Origin: the human T2T-CHM13v2.0 reference genome, Homo sapiens
Assembly: GCF_009914755.1 (NCBI RefSeq)
Contig: NC_060930.1
Reading direction: 5' to 3' (one strand)
Length of the DNA stretch: 64,000 nt
The position numbers and the translations under genes were made by a program. Positions 29,592 through 41,921 of the stretch are shown here, piece after piece; positions within the stretch are counted from its first letter, which is position 1; each line of letters opens with the position of its first letter. The notes beneath the pieces were generated by a model that saw only the letters and a list, made by a program, of their open reading frames with translations, did not search any database and was not told the DNA's origin.

Positions 29592-30911
29592 GATAGTTTC
29601 TGAAAGAAACTTATTTCAGATAACCTGACAAATTGAATATGGATTTTTACTCTGAACTTCATCCTAGTCAAAATTATTAAAGATTTAATGAATATATTGG
29701 TTAAAATGTTCCTACTGCTTAACCTAATAAAATGAAGCACAGCAATTCATCAGGAAAATGTAACTTTTTTCCTGTCTTCAAAAAGATGGTGTCAGGCAGA
29801 GCTTTATGAAAGAGAGACATGAACATTATAACTGAAGGTATTGTTCTGGAAAGTCAATCACCTAGAAAGCCAAATAAGTAAAGCTTGGGTATATCATACT
29901 CCAATCACCACAGCTAGTGAAAAGAAAGAAATTTGAGCAGCACATACTAAAATATGTTTCAGAGAAGGATAACGGCAAAACATGGTAACAGGTATCGTCA
30001 AATCAAATGGATACTGAATGAACTAAATTTGGGAAACCCTTAGTTGAACAAAATTAAATAGTTTCCTTACTGTAGGACTATTTGGAGCCTTTAATATGGT
30101 ACCTACACTGTTAAGTACAAATAATACCACATTCCTCATTTGTTTAACACCATTTTATCAAGAAGCATCTGAAGGAAAGCCTTATTTAGAACATATTTTA
30201 GAAAACGCTAAAGAAACAATTACTTCCTCAGACTATACCATTTTAATCATCAAAATTATTAGTACTGTTGTCTCACCATGACAACTACAATTTGAGAGTC
30301 TACTAAGCTCTGAGTATTAGGCACGCACTTTATCTCTACTTAAACAGAATCATTTGTAAATCTCTCAAAGTATTATCCCCTCAACCGACATTTGAATGGT
30401 TAGGAAAGACAATTCCCTCTACAGAGATCCCTTCCACAGTCTGACAGGTAAACAACTAGTCAATCTTCAAGCTTCACAATATCTTTAAGCTATTGCACTT
30501 ACCACGTTATCAATTTAATTGTTTGCTTTATACACTTGCCTCCCATATGAGACAGATGTTTAAAGCGCAAGGGTTATTGATCATTTAACAATTTTATTGA
30601 GATATAACTCACATACCATAAAATCCATCCACTGAAATTATACCATTCAACAGTTTTTAGTATATTCATAGTTGTGCAACCATCAACACAATCTAATTTC
30701 AGAACATTTTCATCACTCCAAAAACAAACCCTGTCCTTTAACAGTCATTCCTCTATCCTGACCCTACTCACTCCCTGCTCCCAGCCCTAGGCAACCACGG
30801 ATCTATCCTGTTTCTATAGATTTGCCTATTCTAGATATTACAAATAAGTGAAATCATGCAATACGTGGTATTTATGACTGGCTTCTTCAACATAATGTTT
30901 TTAAGTTCATA

Positions 30912-33900
30912 TGAAGGGACTTCATATGACAAGTTAATGGAAAATGTAATTGAAAGATAAAAATAAAAGAATATAAACCTTATGTTCAACATAAGCTCCA
31001 TCAAGGTCAAGACACTTGTAAATGATGATACCAGCCACTTATGACTCTATCCCTAAAGAACTGAGAGTCCTGGGAATTTAGCCATGTCAGTGCAGTCTTT
31101 TTTTATACACTATTAACTATATTAAAAAAAAAAGTGGTTGACAGATATGGTTTGGCTGTGTCCCCACCTAAGTCTCATCTTTAATTCCCAGGTGTTGTGG
31201 GAGGCACCCAGTGGGAGGTGACTGAATCATGGGGGGAGGACTTTCCTATGCTGTTCTCGCGGTAGTACATAAGTCTCACGAGATCTGACGGTTTGATAAG
31301 GGGAAACCTGTTTTGCTTAGCTCTCATTCTCTCTTAGCCTGCAGCCAACCATGTAGCACGGGACTTGCTCCTCCTTGCCTTCTGCCATAATTGTGAGGGT
31401 TCCTCAGCCACGTGGAACTGTAAGTCTAATTAAACCTCTTTCTTTTGTAAATTGCCCAGTCTGGAGTATGTCCTTATCAGCAGTGTGAAAATGGACTAAT
31501 ACAGTAAACTGGTACCACCAGAGTGGGGCGCTGCTGAAAAGATACCTGAAAATGTGAAAGCAACTTTGGAACTGAGTAACAGGCAGAGGCTGGAACAATT
31601 TGGAGGGCTCAGAAAGACAGGAAAATGTAGGAAAGCTTGGAACTCCCTAGAGACTTGTTAAATGGCTTTGGCCAAAATACTGATAATGATATGAACAATG
31701 AACTCCAGGCTGAAGTGGTCTCAGATGGAGATGGGGAACTTTATGGGAACTGAAGCAAAGGTGACTCTTATGTTTCAGCAAAGAGATTAGTGGCATCTTG
31801 CCCCTGCCCTAGAAATTTGTGGAACTTTGAACTTGAGAGAGATAATTTAGGGTATCTGACAGAAGATATTTCTAAGCAGCAAAGCATTCAAGAGGTGACC
31901 TGGGTGCTGTTAAAGGCATTCCATTTTAAAAGGGAAATAGAGCATAAAAGTTTGGAAAATGTGCAGCCTGACAATGCGACTGAAAAGAAAATCCCATTTT
32001 CTGGGGAGAAATTCAAGCCAGCTGCAGAAATTTGCATAAGTAACAAGGAGCTACATGTTAATCCCCAAGATAATGAGCAAAATGTCTCCAGGGAATGTCA
32101 GAGGCCTTCACGGAATCCCCTGCCATTACAGTTCCAGAGGCCTAGGAGGAAAAAATGGTTTCCTGGGCCAGGCCCAGGGTCCCCGCGGTGTGTGCAGTCT
32201 AGGGACTTGGTGTCCTACGTGCCAGGTGCTCCAGACATGACTAAAAGAGGCCAAGGTATAGCTCGGGCTGTGGCTTTAGAGGGTGGAAGCCCCAAGTCTT
32301 GGCAGCTTCCACGTGGTGTTGAGCCTGTGGGTGCACAGAAGTCAAGAATTGAAGCCTGTGAGCCTCCACCTAGATTTCAGAGGATGCATGGTAATGCCTG
32401 GATACCCACGCTGAAGTTTGCAGTAGGGGCAGGGCCCTCATGGAGAACCTTTGCTCAGGCAATGTGAAAGGAAAATGTGTGGTTGGAGCCTCCACACAGA
32501 GTACCTACTGCGGCACTCCTTGGTGGAGCTGTGAGAAGAGGGCCACCATCCTCTAGACCCCAGTATGACAGATGCATGGACACCTTGCATTGTCCATCTG
32601 GAAAACCTGCAGACACTCAATTCCACCCCATGAAAGCAGCTGGGAGGGAGGCTGTACCCTGCAAACAGAGGGGCAAAGCTGCCCAAGACCATGGGAACCC
32701 ACCTCTTGCATCAGTGTGACCTGGATGTGAGACATGGGGTCAAAGAAAATCATTTTGGAGCATTAAGATTTGATGGCCCCACTGGATTTCAGACTTGCAC
32801 AGGGCCTGTAGCCCCTTTGTTTTGGCCAATTTCTCCCATTTGGAATGGCTGTATTTACCCAATGATGTACTCCCATTGTATCTAGGAAGTAACAAACTTG
32901 CTTTTGATTTGACAGGCTCATAGGCAGAAAGGACTTGCCTTGTCTCAGATGAGACTTGGGACTGTGGACTTTTGAGTTAATGCTGAAATGAGTTAAGACT
33001 TTGGGAGACTGTCGGGAAGGCATGTTTGGTTTTGAAATGTGAGGACATGAGATTTGGGAGGGGCTAGGGATGAAATGATATGGTTTGGCTGTGTCCCCAC
33101 CCAAACCTCATCTTGAATTCCCACAGGTTGTGGGAGGGACAAGTGGGAGGTGACTGAATCATGGGGGCAGGTTTTTCCCATGCTGTTCTTGTGATAGTGA
33201 GTAAGTGTCACGAGATCTGATGGTTTGATAAAGGAAACCCGTTTAACTTGGCTCTCATTGTTTCTTTGCCTGCTGCCATAATTGTGAGGCTTCCCCGGCC
33301 ATGTGGAACTGTTAGTCCAATTAAACCTCTGTCTTTTGTAAATTGTCCAGTCTCGGATATATCTTTATCAACAGCGTGAAAATGGGCTAATACATTGACC
33401 TTTAAAGACAGTTTAAGATTAGTAAAGAAAAAGAAGTCAGAAGAAGCTGAATCAGGACTGTAAGGTGGATGCCTAATGATATCTCATGGAAACTCTCACA
33501 AAATTGCTCTTGATTGGAGGAAAGACAGGAGTACCGTCCTGGTGGAGAAGGATTCTAGCTTTACCAGGCATTTTTTTTTCTGCTAAAGCTTTGGCTGACT
33601 TTCTCAAAACACTCTAATAATAAGCAGATGTTATCATTCTTTGGCCCTCCAGAAAGTCAACAAGCAAAACGCCTCAAGCATCCCCAAAAAAACTGTTGCC
33701 ATGACTTCTGCTCTTGACCAGTCTGCTTTTGCTTTGCCTGGACCACTTTTACCTCTTGGTAGCCATGGTTTTTATTGTTCTTTGTCTTTAGGATCATACT
33801 AGTAAATACACATTTCAACTCCTGTTACAATTCTTTGAAGAAATGCTTTGAGATCTTGAGCCCATTTGTTTGAAATTTCCACTGAAAGCTCTGTTCTTGT

Positions 33901-34458
33901 CTGCAGCTGATCTGGGTGCAGCAACCTTGGCACCCATCGGGTGGAAAGTTTGCTCAACTTTAATTTTTCAGTCAGAATTGTATAAGGTGAACCAATTGAG
34001 ATATCTATGGTATTGGCCAGTTTCTGCTGTTGTCAATCCTCTTCGATAAGGCTACAAACAAGATACATTTTTTCCTTGAAAATTGATGTGGATGGTCCGC
34101 TGCTGTGGGTTTCACAGCATCGCCTCATCCCTTCATGAAATGAGACGTTCATTTGTAAACTGCTGATCTCTTGGGGCACTGTCGTCCTCATATACTTCTT
34201 GTGAAGCATCAGTGATTTCACCATTCTACCACCCAAGCTTCCCCATAAATTTGATATTAGTTCTTGCTTCAACTTGGGCAGAATTCATGTTGCTCTTTTC
34301 AAATGGATGTCTTATCCATCTTAGTCCCTCAAACTAGATCCTGTCATACATGTTATAACAAGTTAGTAAGAGTTTATTTTGTTGTTTAAAAACAATGTGA
34401 AACCCAGGCATAGTATTTCATAATTCACATTTTCCACAAACTTTTAAAAGACCCCTTG
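30912..34458 (-). mobile_element. Full-length Hsmar2 mariner transposon (defective), interrupted by THE1
   Basis: TA on both sides (30910-30911, 34459-34460); TIRs TGAAGGGACTTCA / AAAAGACCCCTTG; transposase from ATG at 34288 (MNSAQVEARTNIKF), LSTRWVPR (WVPHEL-type) and HPPYSPDSASSDF (YSPDLAP-type) motifs. Confidence 0.92.
31143..33394 (+). mobile_element. Complete THE1 (THE1A/B-type) MaLR: 5' LTR 31143-31503, internal 31504-33075, 3' LTR 33076-33394
   Basis: Two LTRs GATATGGTTTGGCTGTGTCCCCACC...CTAATACA; perfect 5-bp TSD TTGAC at 31138-31142 and 33395-33399. Confidence 0.96.
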
Positions 34459-35154
34459 TATATCAGTAATTAATTCCTTTTTATTATCAAATAACAATAT
34501 TTAATTGTATGACTCCTCCACATTTGCTATCCATTCATCAGGTAACAAATATTTGGGTCATTTTTATTTTTTGACTATTAGAAATAATGCTGCTACAAAC
34601 ATCATGTACAAATTTTGTGTGGACTTATATTTTCATTTCTCTTCATTCTGCTTCACTAGGAGTGAATCTGCTCGATCACGTGGGAAATCTGTATTCATTT
34701 AACCTCTAGAAAAACTGCTAAAAATGTTTTCCAAACTAGCCACACCATAGCACATTCCCATCAACATTGTAAGGTTTCAATCTCTCCACATCATCACATT
34801 TGTTATCTTTTTGATCATAGCTATCCTAGTGGGTGTGAAGTAGTCATCATTGTTGTTTTGATTTGCCAATAGCTAATGACATTGAGCATCTTTTCATGTG
34901 TTTATTTGGCCATTTGTAAATCTTCTTTGGAGAAAAGTCTATTCAGATCCTTTGCCCATTTTTTAATTGTAATGTCTTTTTAATTGTTGACTTGTAAGAG
35001 GTTCTTCACAGATACAAGTAACTTACAAATTTGTGATTTTCAGAAATTTTCTCCCATTGAGTGAACTGTGCTTTTATTGTCTTGAAAGTGTCCTTAAAAT
35101 ACAAAAACTTTTAATTACAATGATGTCCAATTTACCTTTTTTCCTTTGTTAGCT

Positions 35155-35232
35155 TGTTATATCTAAGAATGCTTTGCCAAACTCAAGGTCATTGTGTTAT
35201 ATCTAAGAGTGTTTTGCCAAACTCAAGGTCAT
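35155..35232. repeat. 40-bp-period tandem duplication inside L1M
   Basis: TGTTATATCTAAGA(A/G)TG(C/T)TTTGCCAAACTCAAGGTCAT, twice. Confidence 0.92.
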
Positions 35233-35426
35233 GAACATTTACTCCTATATTTCTAAACATTTTATAGTTTGAGCTCTTATATTTAGATCTATGATCCACT
35301 TTAATATCTATGTACGGCATGAAGAAGAGGTCCAAATTATTTCATGTTGTTCCAGCACCATTCCTTGAAATAGCTATTCTTTCCCTTTTGAATTATTTCA
35401 GAACCTTTATCAAAAATCAGTTGATT

Positions 35427-35720
35427 AGCTGGGAACTGCAGCTCATGCCTGTAATCGCAGCACTCTGGGAGGCTGAGGCAGGTGGATGGCTTGAGCCCAG
35501 GAGTTTGAGACCAGTCTGGGCAACACGGTGAAACCCTGTCTGTATTAAAAATATTTTTAAAATTTGCCAGGTGTGGTGTTGTATGCCTGTACTCCCAGCT
35601 ACTTTGGAGGCTGAGGTGGGAGCATCACCTGAGCCCAGGAGGTCGAGACTGCAGTGAGCCAAACATGCACTGTGGCCTGGGTGACAGAGCAAAACCCTGT
35701 TTCAAAAAAAGAAAGAAAAG
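35427..35720 (+). mobile_element. AluJ
   Basis: TTGAGCCCAGGAGTTTGAGACCAG...GAGCCCAGGAGGTCGAGACTGCAGTGAGCC. Confidence 0.9.
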
Positions 35721-36299
35721 GTGTTGGACATTGTCAAGTATTAATTTTTGTATGTATCTATTGAGTTGATGCTTTGATTTTTTTCTTTTTTTCTATTAAT
35801 GAGGCATATTATATTAATTGATTTTTGGATGCTGAACCAACTTTGCATTCCTGAGATAAATTTCCCTGAAACTTGGTATATATGTTTTATATGCTGCTAT
35901 TATTTTGTTGAGAATTTTTGTACCTATATTCATAAGCGATAGTAGTGTACAGCTTTCTTTTCTTGCAATTACTGTTTTTTATATCACAGTAATATTAACA
36001 TCACAAAATAAACTGGGAGATGAAAAAGTAGTGGGCTTGGTGACTGGGAACATGAGGGAGGATTCTAAGATGAAGGCAATCTTCTATTTCTTGGTCTGCT
36101 TACTTGTTTCATGACTATGTTCAGTTTTTCAATATTCATTCATCTATAATATTCTTATAATCTCTGTTATTTTTGAGATGTATGTTTTACTTTACCATTT
36201 TTTTAGAAAAAGAAAAAATCACTATGACATATTTCTAAATTTGTTCTTAAAAGTGTTCTTTTTAAAATTATCTGTTACACATTGTGTAAAATTATTGTC

Positions 36300-36650
36300 A
36301 GTATTCATCTAAAGTATCACGTCTTGAAAGACAGGAAAAGAATGAAGAACTGTCACAGATTTGAAGAGACTAAGAAGATAGAATATTTAAATGTAATGTG
36401 AAATGACAGACTGATTCCTGGAACAGGAAAATTCCACTGGAGGAAAAACTGGTGAAATTTAAATAAGGCCTGTAATTTAGTTAATAGTATGATAAAACAT
36501 AGCATTTCCTAGTTCTCATATTTATACTTTGGTTAGGTAAGTTGTTAATATTAGGGGAAGTTGGGTGAAGAGAATACTTAAATTCTCCACTCTATTGTTG
36601 CAACTTTTTAGAATGACATAAATTATTTAAAAATAAAAAGGTTTTAAAAA
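36300..36650 (+). mobile_element. L1MC-type 3' UTR fragment
   Basis: GAACTGTCACAGATTTGAAGAGACTAAG...AAAACTGGTGAAATTTAAATAAGG...TTAGGGGAAGTTGGGTGAAG. Confidence 0.65.
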
Positions 36651-37277
36651 TATTACCTTGTGACTGAATAATACATTTATCTAGCTCAATATTCAATAGG
36701 TTAAAAAATTAAAAAAGAAACACACACTGAAAAGTCTCCCTCCTATTATTGTCTACTAACTATCTAGTTCCCTTACTGAAGAACAACCAGTATTATCTTT
36801 TTTCTATTCCCTTCCAGAGATTATTTTTTCTAATGTACCATAAGAAAATACATACCTGTCAGGTATGTATATTATTTTCCCCCAGAAACAGCTTTTCATA
36901 AAACAATTCCAGTCGCAGAATTTATGCTAACAACGCACTAAAATATTCTGCTATTTACTGCATTACTGTTTATTTTACCAAAAATGTCAACATACATAAA
37001 CATAAAAGCCTAAAAAGTTTACTAAAAACAGTGTTTGAATAAACACACTCTGCAGACATATAAATAGAATAATATAGCACAACTAAATGGAGTTTATATA
37101 TTAGTACCATTTAACATTTCAAAATTAATGTAAAAAACTACACAGCTTTTCAAAATTATAATATGAAAATAGAAACCTCTCCTATAAAAACTTATACAAT
37201 ATAATCAAATACTATATAAAGAAAAAAGTTATGCACTAAAATAGTTATTGTTCATTTGCTTTTGTTGCTTTAGGGTC

Positions 37278-37723
37278 TGTGAGATAGATTACAATAATGG
37301 CCCCAATTCTTCACCCCTCCCCATATCTGTATCTTTTTCCATGTGGTTTTGCAATTTTTGCAATTCTTTTCATTTAAAGAGTCAGCGTATATTTCCCACT
37401 CATTGAACCCTAGCTGATTTTCTGATTTACTCTGGCCAATAGATTAAAGTGATGGCACACCAGCTACAAGATTAGGCTTTAAAATGTATTGCATTTTTTG
37501 GTCTTTATTACATGTCTCCCATTATGAGGAGAACACACCTGCTACTTGATGAGAGAGTAAAACCAAGTCAAACAGTTCCTCCAATTAAGGCCATCCAAAA
37601 TCAGCAGAGCTGCCTAGCTGACCATCATACACACATGACCAATGAGGACTTAACTGTTGCATGCCACAGAGACTTTGAACTGCTTTGTGATATTGCATTA
37701 CTGTAGCAATAGATAACTGATAC
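37278..37723 (+). mobile_element. MLT1H-like MaLR solo LTR
   Basis: TGTGAGATAGATTACAATAATGGCCCCAATTC...TGGCCAATAG...GTAGCAATAGATAACTGATACA. Confidence 0.7.
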
Positions 37724-38551
37724 AAGATACTTAACTATATACTACTTAGGACACTGGTCACCAGAAACTACCTTTTAATTACAATACTTCCAAAGATAAA
37801 ACACATTTCTATTTTCTATAAGCTTTTCTTATGATTTTATATTACATAAAACTCCTTATCCAATGTAAACTCAATATATTAAACCATTTAATCTAATGTA
37901 ACATTACTTAATAATCACTTATTCTTGCTTTGTGATGCTTATACTAAATTCTTAAATGCAACTGAATTCATTTTGGGACTCTCCATTTTATTCCACTAAT
38001 GTCAAATTATTATTATTAGTTAAGATAAATTCTAATACTTCATAGAAATACTTTTCTCTATTAGAAGTGTCCAAATTATATATAGCTATTTTTATGTTAC
38101 TGCATAAAATATTACAATTATTTTTCCTTTACAAAGAAAAGGAGGTTTAGATTAGAATTATTATCTAGGATTAGCACTTCTAATATGTCTGGAATCCTCA
38201 GGCTACAATAAACGTACAGGTTTATATGGAATATATCCCAGAAGAAAAGAGAATTTTTTTTGTACCAGTGAAAATAGATGACAATCAGTGGGATGGATAC
38301 AATCTTTATCTCTACTAGCCATAAACTTTCCACCACAAATGGATCTGGAGGGCCACAGACCCTCCAAAACTGTAGACATATGGTGAAGCAACAGGCAGGC
38401 ATTCAAGTAGGTGGGAATTATTACATGACTCTGAATAAAGCATTACCCTATAGGGACTCAGAAGAATACAATTTTTGGTGTAACTCCATATTCTCTGTGT
38501 CAGGATTTACACACACGCAATTCCAAACATGACTTGGATCTCCGATTAGAA

Positions 38552-39131
38552 GTGATAGACTGGATAAAGAAAATGTGGCACATAAGGAAAATTACCTCCT
38601 TATGACAACTAGCTAATTAACTAGCTTACAAAGCCACTAACAGTAGCTTACAAAATCACAGCTGTTACTTTTTCAAACAACTAAATGTTGATTTCATTTT
38701 AAATGTCATTTCAAAAGAATTAATGATTTCCTCAAAGCACTACAATTTATACAGCATGGAATACTATGCAGCCATAAAAAAGGATGTGTTCATGTCCTTT
38801 GCAGGGACATGGATGAAGCTGGAAACCCTCATTCTCAGCAAACTAACACAGGAACAGAAAACCAAACACTACATGTTCTCACGCATAAGTGGGAGTTGAA
38901 CAATAACACATGGACACAGCGAGGGGAACATAACACAATGGGGCCTGTCGGCAGTGGGTGGGGTCGGGGGAGGGTTGGGAGGCTATGGGAGGGATAGCAT
39001 TAGAAGAAATACCTAATGTAGATGACGAGTTGATGGGTGCAGCAAACCACCATGGCACATGTATACCTAAATAACAAACCTGCACATTCTGCACATGTAT
39101 CCCAGAACTAAAAGTATAATTTAAAAAAAAA
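38552..39131 (+). mobile_element. L1PA7/8-like 3' end containing a non-L1 insert (38586-38751)
   Basis: TGATAGACTGGATAAAGAAAATGTGGCACATA, insert, then CAGCATGGAATACTATGCAGCC...GTATCCCAGAACTAAAAGTATAAT and A-tail. Confidence 0.92.
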
Positions 39132-39378
39132 GAAAATATACTTTAATGATATTCAAGTCTACACAGGTCTTTTTCCAACTATGGTACAAAACAAAAATCC
39201 TATAATGAACATGTTAAGTATAAACTGTTGCCTTTCAAAGTTCCATCATTATCCTATTCCACAAAAGCATTAGCAACTATGAAAATAAGTGGGTGGGAAT
39301 GTGTAATCCAAAAATATTTGGGCAAAGAAAAAGCCCACTATGACTAAAACAAAATGGCAAATGACTTCATCTTCTTTT

Positions 39379-39540
39379 GGAAAATGACCTCATTATGACA
39401 ACTAGCGAACTAGCTTCCAAAGCCACTAACAGTAGCTTACAAAGTCACAGCTGTTACTTTTTCAAACAACTAAATGTTGATTTCATTTTAAATGTCATTG
39501 CAAAAGAATTAATGATTTCCTCAAAGCACTACAATTTATA
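39379..39540 (+). repeat. Unique-looking segment also present at 38586-38751 (dispersed direct repeat)
   Basis: GGAAAAT.ACCTC.TTATGACAACTAGC...TTCCTCAAAGCACTACAATTTATA occurs twice, about 790 bp apart. Confidence 0.97.
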
Positions 39541-40178
39541 AGCAAGAATTACACAGAGAAGAGTACAATAAGAAGTCTGTGACTTGTTCAATACAGATTA
39601 TAGAAAATGACAGAACAATCATTTAAAAAACACTGGACTGTGAGCAACAAGCAGACATATTTAGGAGCACTGCAAATTATTCATGAATAAGACAATAAAC
39701 ACAAAAAGTGCTAATTGTGACCTTCAAGCAACACAAAAATCATTTAATTGATAGAGTAGATACAATGTAGAATTTTTTAAAACTAGCATATTTCAAAAAA
39801 AAGACATTTGGATAATATTTCTGAAAAAAGTTAAAATAATTCATGAAACCTAAAACTCCAGATCCCAAGTACAATGAAAAAACTGTCACCTAATTAAAAT
39901 TTTTATTTAATTCTCGATTAAGATACTTATGTTTCTTAGTGTTAACTACAACTTTTATTATTTAAAAGTTTAAAAACAGCCTTCAAATATCTAAAATCTT
40001 TTGACCCAAAATGGGATTAATGAAACCAAATTATGACATCTGCAAAATAAAATACCATGTGACCAGTAAGCATTACACTGTAGAAAATATTTAGGGACAA
40101 TGTAAAATGTACATATTTAATGAAAACAATGAGAGAAACCATTTAAGTAGAGGTTATGTGTATGTTTGTGTGCATGTA

Positions 40179-40584
40179 TGATATGGTTTGGATATGTGTC
40201 CCCTACAAGACTCATGTTGATATGCTATCCCTAATGTTGGAGGTGGGGCCTGGCAGGAAATGTTTGGGTCATGGAGGCAGATCTCTCATGAGTGGCTTGG
40301 TGCTGTCCTCCTGAGAGTAAGTTCTGCCAAGATCTGATTTTTTAAAAATGTGTAGCACCTCCCCCCTTTCTGAATTGCTCCTGCTCCTGCTATGTGAGAT
40401 GCCAGCTCACCCTTTGCCTTCCACCACGACTGTAAACTTTCTGAGGCATCATAAGAAGTCAAGCAGATGCTGCCACCACACTTCCTGTGCAGCCTGCAGA
40501 ACCATAAGCCAATTAAACCTCTTTTCTTCATAAATTACCGAGTTCACATATTTCATTATAGTGATATAAAAATGGCCTAATACA
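40179..40584 (+). mobile_element. MSTA/MSTB MaLR solo LTR
   Basis: TGATATGGTTTGGAT...GGCCTAATACA with perfect 5-bp TSD ATGTA (40174-40178, 40585-40589). Confidence 0.92.
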
Positions 40585-40629
40585 ATGTATTTATACAAAG
40601 ACATCTATAAAAGCTATCATATTGATAGA

Positions 40630-40940
40630 GCTGTTATATCCGGTCCAGAAATCTCTCCAGACTCACATCCAATAGCCTAGTTGATATTTCAACTTGGTTA
40701 TCTAACAGATACCTCAAATTTAACATAACCAAAACTTAATTTCTAATATACCTGCTCTACTTGCACTCCATGATAGCTGATGACCATTCCTATCTATTTA
40801 GTTGACAAGAACAACAACTTTTGAGTCATTTTAACTCCAGCTTTATTTTCAATCCCCACATCCAATCTCTTAGCAAATTATCTTGACTCTTTTAAATATA
40901 TCGAGAATCTAATCATGTCTCACCATCTCTTCTACTGCAA
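40630..40940 (+). mobile_element. L2 fragment
   Basis: CTCCAGACTCACATCCAATAGCCTAG...CTCAAATTTAACATAACCAAAAC...CCCCACATCCAATC. Confidence 0.65.
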
Positions 40941-41047
40941 AAATATGTATGTCTAACACGGGAAGCCAAATTTTTCCACAATCAAAAACAGTTTCCAAGA
41001 ACTAAATGAGGGTACACCAAGAATGTGAGCACAAACTTTTAGGTATA

Positions 41048-41338
41048 GGCCAGGTGTCGTGGCTCACACCTGTAATCCCATCATTTTGGAAGGCTGAGGT
41101 GGGTGTATCACTTGAGGTTAGGATTTTGAGACCAGCCTGGCCAACATGGTGAAACCCTGTCTCTACTAAAAATACAAAAAAAAGTTAGCCAGGAAACATA
41201 GCACATGCCTGTAATCCCAGCTACTCGGGGGGCTGACACAGGAGAACTACTTGAATCCAGGAAGTGGAGGTTATGGTGAGCCAAGATCATGCCACTGCAA
41301 AATCTCAAAAATAAAACAAAACCAAAAAACAACAAAAA
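41048..41338 (+). mobile_element. AluS with deletion near the 3' end
   Basis: Dimer; CCACTGCA joined to AAATCTCAAAA; TSD-like TTAGGTATA on both sides. Confidence 0.9.
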
Positions 41339-41921
41339 AAACCTCTTAGGTATAGATACAGAACCACATTTTCCAATCAGCTTATCATTAAAAAACAGAA
41401 AAAGAAAAAAAGGTTTATACTTTGATTATCATTTGTCTATCTTCTGTCTCTTTTCAATATACTCAGAACACGTGAGGATTATTATTAATTACTCCCCTTG
41501 TAACATGAACTGGTAATAAAAGGTCTATTGTGGATAAGAGGAAACCAACTACAGAACTCCTAGTGGCTTCACCTAGAGTGGTAACCGTGGGATAAAATAT
41601 ATGGGCAAATTATTAAGAATAGTTTATGCCTTATCAACTTTATTTCTCCTATTTAAAAATATAACATGTTCTATAACAACAGAGTGGTTAAACATTCCTA
41701 AATATTTAAAACTTCCTAAAATGGTTGAGTAATTGCCATTAACATCTGTAATGTCCATAAAAAACATACAATTAAAAATAGCTAACAAAAATAAAGGGGG
41801 AAAACTGCACTTCGATGTAACCAGATGTAGATTATTTGTTTTTCAAAGTAATAGTAATTAACTGAGATAGCTCATTTCAAATTAAGCAACTTATAAAAGA
41901 CTGTTTTAGTTTTTAATATCT

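Larger units (their letters stand above)
30585..36020 (-). mobile_element. L1MB/MC fragment hosting Hsmar2, THE1 and an Alu
   Basis: Antisense L1M 3' UTR at 30585-30909 resumes at 34461 and continues as antisense ORF2 to about 36020. Confidence 0.8.

Noticed and set aside
33400-34288. Domesticated mariner transposase gene (SETMAR-like)
   Set aside because: It is Hsmar2 rather than Hsmar1, has stops and frameshifts, and is interrupted by THE1
38278-38532. 84-aa ORF and small hairpin GGAGGG-N7-CCCTCC in unique DNA
   Set aside because: No recognisable domain or splice context; a 6-bp stem is expected by chance
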